From Rebecca billardiae RCC1528 (Eukaryota; Protista; Haptophyta), in NCBI GenBank assembly GCA_965240325.2, contig OZ251224.1, positions 1,240,001 through 1,304,000 on the forward strand: a stretch of 64,000 nucleotides of DNA, written 5' to 3'. Under the pieces are notes generated by a model. The model made no database searches, had not been told where the DNA came from, and saw only the letters and a list, made by a program, of their open reading frames with translations. This document shows positions 61,301-64,000 of the stretch, one piece after another. The number at the start of each line of letters is the position of its first letter. Position 1 is the stretch's first letter. The translations under genes were made by a program, and so were the position numbers.

Positions 61301-61718
61301 CGTAGTCCTTCTCGTCGTACACGGGGATCGAGCCGCGGGGCTCGATCGCGAGATCACTCGAGGACTCGCGGACCTCAAGCTTGAGATGCTTGGGGTCAAT
61401 CGTCCGCGCCGCGCGGTATGCACGCTTCACGCGGCTCACGCCCCTCTGCAGCTTCCGCGTCGGATGCAGCTTGGGCGCGTCAGCCGCCCGGGCGGGGCCG
61501 TCCTGGGGAGGGTCCGTCGACCGGGGCGAGCCGGGCCGAAGCAGGGACGTCAGCTTCAAGTCGCCGCTGCCGATGCTCCCAAGGCTCCCGAAGCGCATCG
61601 TACCGGCGTCAGCCCTGAGCGCAACCTGATGGCGCCTGGCCTGCGCGCCAAGGGGCGGCGATGGTGACCACGCCCGCTTTGGGGCTGACCTGCTGTCGAA
61701 CGACTGGCGAATAATCAT
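54638..61718 (-). CDS. WD40-repeat plus TRP-like ion channel protein with extra C-terminal TM region (2 exons)
   Basis: A GT-AG intron at 56543-56687 joins ORF 56487..61718 to ORF 54638..56566 in frame (...ELYHFVL|VMLLIIFSFGLALF). WD40 motifs (IVSGGADGSIAVHD, VLSGGMDGVLRCW, VLSGGADGNVRLWD), LIDAKW, pore region GMLLGEFD and S6 ISVLMLNLIIAVIAEHH. The start may be 61598. Confidence 0.8.
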
Positions 61719-61787
61719 CCGCCTCGAGATAGTAGAAGATGCATCAGGAGATCAGACCTGATCTGCTGATCGGCGCCGGCCGGTCGA

Positions 61788-62288
61788 ATGGCGGCGGAAC
61801 ACTCTGCGGACGGCCGGTGCACACTCAATGCTGCGCGCATCGCGGCCACCGCAGTCTTCCTCATCATGCTCGTCGTACATAGTGCCGTCGCATGTGGCGC
61901 TCCGATTGCTCGGTTCACATACGGCGGTCGCAGAGGCTACGACGAGACTGGCAAAGCGTTACTACCACTGCGACTTGCATCCGCAGGCGTCGTCCTCGGC
62001 TGCATCGGGCTGACGCTCGTGATCGATGCAAAGGCGGCAGCAGCGCCTCAGACCCATGCGCAACATACACTTTTGACCGCGGCTACGTGGGGAGTGACGT
62101 TGCTCCTGGCATGCAACACGGTCGCCACCCTGCTCGCCTCCACTCAGCTCGAGAGATACGGCGGCGGCATGCTCTCCTTCATCGCCACGATCTCATGCGC
62201 GCTTGTGGCGAGCCGCAGCTCTTTATCGCCGCACGGCGAGACGGCGGCCGATTGCGCTGACAAACCATCTGCTGTTCAGCTGTTGTGA
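61788..62288 (+). CDS. Small 4-TM membrane protein
   Basis: Four hydrophobic segments and a GAPIARFTYGG motif. Divergent from the WD40-TRP gene. Confidence 0.55.
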   Translation: MAAEHSADGRCTLNAARIAATAVFLIMLVVHSAVACGAPIARFTYGGRRGYDETGKALLPLRLASAGVVLGCIGLTLVIDAKAAAAPQTHAQHTLLTAATWGVTLLLACNTVATLLASTQLERYGGGMLSFIATISCALVASRSSLSPHGETAADCADKPSAVQLL

Positions 62289-62609
62289 CGCTCACGCTGT
62301 CTGTGCGTTCAGTACATGCATGCACACTAACGGTCCGTGCCGTAGCCGGCCGTATTCTGAGCTGTCGCCACTGTACATACGACTCGATACAGAGTGGAGA
62401 GACCGCCAGAGAGAAAGAGAGGCAGAGAGAGACGAGATCTCGAGAGAGACTAGTAGTAGCGCAGCATTCTTAACTATAGCTACTCAGAGTGTCATCATCA
62501 GCCACAGCTCAGATCGACAGATAGCACATCGGACTGTCACTATGTCCAACGCAGAATAACTACGATGCTGCCACCCGTGCCACCGTCCGAAGTCAGCTAT
62601 GTGCGATTC

Positions 62610-64000
62610 TCAAGTCAGCTCCCCAAGGCCCAACAAGTCCTTCATCACGACCAGCCTGTGCGTTGCGGACTTGCCCCAGTTGCGAAGCGAGTCCGACAGC
62701 GTGCAGCTCTTGTACCCAGCAAGCCCGGAGTACCCAAAGAGGGCCTCGAGCGACCAGTCCAGGCCGCTGTACACAGCGCGGAGCGCGGCCGGCGAGAAGC
62801 GGTCCACCGCAGTGCACGGATGAGGCGAGGTCTTCAGAAGCTGCATGTGCTGCTGAGCCAAGCCGAGCTGGGTGGTGCGCGAGGTGGTGGATGGCCGCGC
62901 GCCACCCGCCGTCAGCGACGCACGCTCTGAGCGCGCGCAGAGCCCGAGCCCCTGCCTGAGCGCACACGCCACCGCGGCCGTCTCCAGCATCACGTCCTCG
63001 TAACGGACGACGAGGATGGGAGGCGAGCCAGGGGCGGCCGAGAAGGTCCGGCCGACGCCGGGCGCGCCCTCCCTGCCGCCGCCACTCGACCAGAAGCCAT
63101 GGCCGCCGCCGCCACCGCCGTCGGCGTCTGTGCGCCGGCGCAGATCGAACGCGTCGCGCAGCAGCCGGAGCTTGGCCGAGCGCATGCCGACGACTGAGTC
63201 GAAGGCGCGCACGCTGCACAGGCGCAGCTGAGCCGCGCTGAGCTGCGCCGCCTCGTCCGGGGACAGGCCACCCAGGAAGGGCTCGGAGCGTTGGCCACCG
63301 CTGCTGCCGCCGTCGAGCGCGTCGTCAAGCACGTCGCCGCCGCCGGAAGCGGAGGTGGTCGCGGCGTCCGCGTCTGCCGCACGCGTGGCGCTCGCGTTCA
63401 CGCGCGGCGCTCGGGCCAGAGCTAACGCCCCGGCGCACTTCTCGCGCGCACCCGCCACGCGCCACGAATACCACGGCGCGCTGACAAAGTGCTCGAGCGG
63501 CTGCTTCCGCGCCCATGGCGCCTCGGAGCTCGAGCGGTGCACCGCCAGCAGCCACTGGAGCGCCTCGCGCACCAGGACCACCACGGGCGCCTGCCGGGTC
63601 ACGTGGCGCGCGCGCAGTGAATTGCGCGCGGCGGCAAGTGCATCGAGGGCGTCGGTGGCAGCTGCCAGCACCGAGTCAGAGGCTGCCGTGCGCTGCCGCT
63701 GCTTGGGACCCACGCCGCCAGCGACATGGCGCCCCCGTTCCCACCCCGGGCTGCCATCGTCGCCACCGCCGCCCACGCCGCGCGCGTGCGCCTCCGCCTC
63801 GCGCTCGCCGAGGCCGACCCCAGCCTCCACCTCGTGGCAGAAATTCGAGCCGAGCAGGTCGGCCACAATCCGGAGGCCGGCGTGGCTCTCACCCACGACG
63901 TGCACCACCGGGTTCAGCGGGCGGTTCTGCGACCGTTCTGGCGCGCCGTCAGCGGGCGCGCCTGAGCCGCCGAGCCCCTCGCGAGCGCACGCTGTGCACC
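62610..64000 (-). CDS. Sulfotransferase-like protein, 5'-partial
   Basis: VHVVGESHAGLRIVADLLGSNF (degenerate 5'-PSB), VVVLVREALQWLLA (3'-PB-like) and LVVRYEDV. The frame stays open to the window edge. Confidence 0.55.
   Translation of the reverse strand, partial: CTACAREGLGGSGAPADGAPERSQNRPLNPVVHVVGESHAGLRIVADLLGSNFCHEVEAGVGLGEREAEAHARGVGGGGDDGSPGWERGRHVAGGVGPKQRQRTAASDSVLAAATDALDALAAARNSLRARHVTRQAPVVVLVREALQWLLAVHRSSSEAPWARKQPLEHFVSAPWYSWRVAGAREKCAGALALARAPRVNASATRAADADAATTSASGGGDVLDDALDGGSSGGQRSEPFLGGLSPDEAAQLSAAQLRLCSVRAFDSVVGMRSAKLRLLRDAFDLRRRTDADGGGGGGHGFWSSGGGREGAPGVGRTFSAAPGSPPILVVRYEDVMLETAAVACALRQGLGLCARSERASLTAGGARPSTTSRTTQLGLAQQHMQLLKTSPHPCTAVDRFSPAALRAVYSGLDWSLEALFGYSGLAGYKSCTLSDSLRNWGKSATHRLVVMKDLLGLGELT

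Overview
This is a very GC-rich eukaryotic genomic window with short GT-AG introns and microsatellites. A haptophyte or other algal host is my inference, not established. Host genes: a partial TPR-array gene, a multi-exon membrane DnaJ protein, a GARP/Myb transcription factor, an RPA34-like protein, an NRPS-like A-T-ankyrin protein, a GNAT, an SLC26-like transporter, RPN8, REV7, a GT92/sulfotransferase-like protein and a partial sulfotransferase-like protein. Two things stand out. (1) An apparently intact ~13.7 kb Polinton-like virus (19370-33103) with perfect 245-bp TIRs. It encodes pPolB, packaging ATPase, penton, major capsid, lipase, a GIY-YIG-like protein, a LamG fibre and a Tlr6F-like protein, but no recognisable integrase, recombinase or adenain protease. 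It appears to have inserted into one arm of a host foldback/MITE repeat. (2) A candidate Thoeris/SARM1-like signalling or immunity locus (~34.8-61.7 kb). A TIR-SAM-ARM gene (SARM1 domains in reverse order) lies head-to-head, 233 bp apart, with a SLOG/MHR1-2 TRPM-like channel. A paralogous TRPM-like channel and a WD40-TRP-like channel lie nearby. All family calls come from motif recognition by eye; no searches were run.
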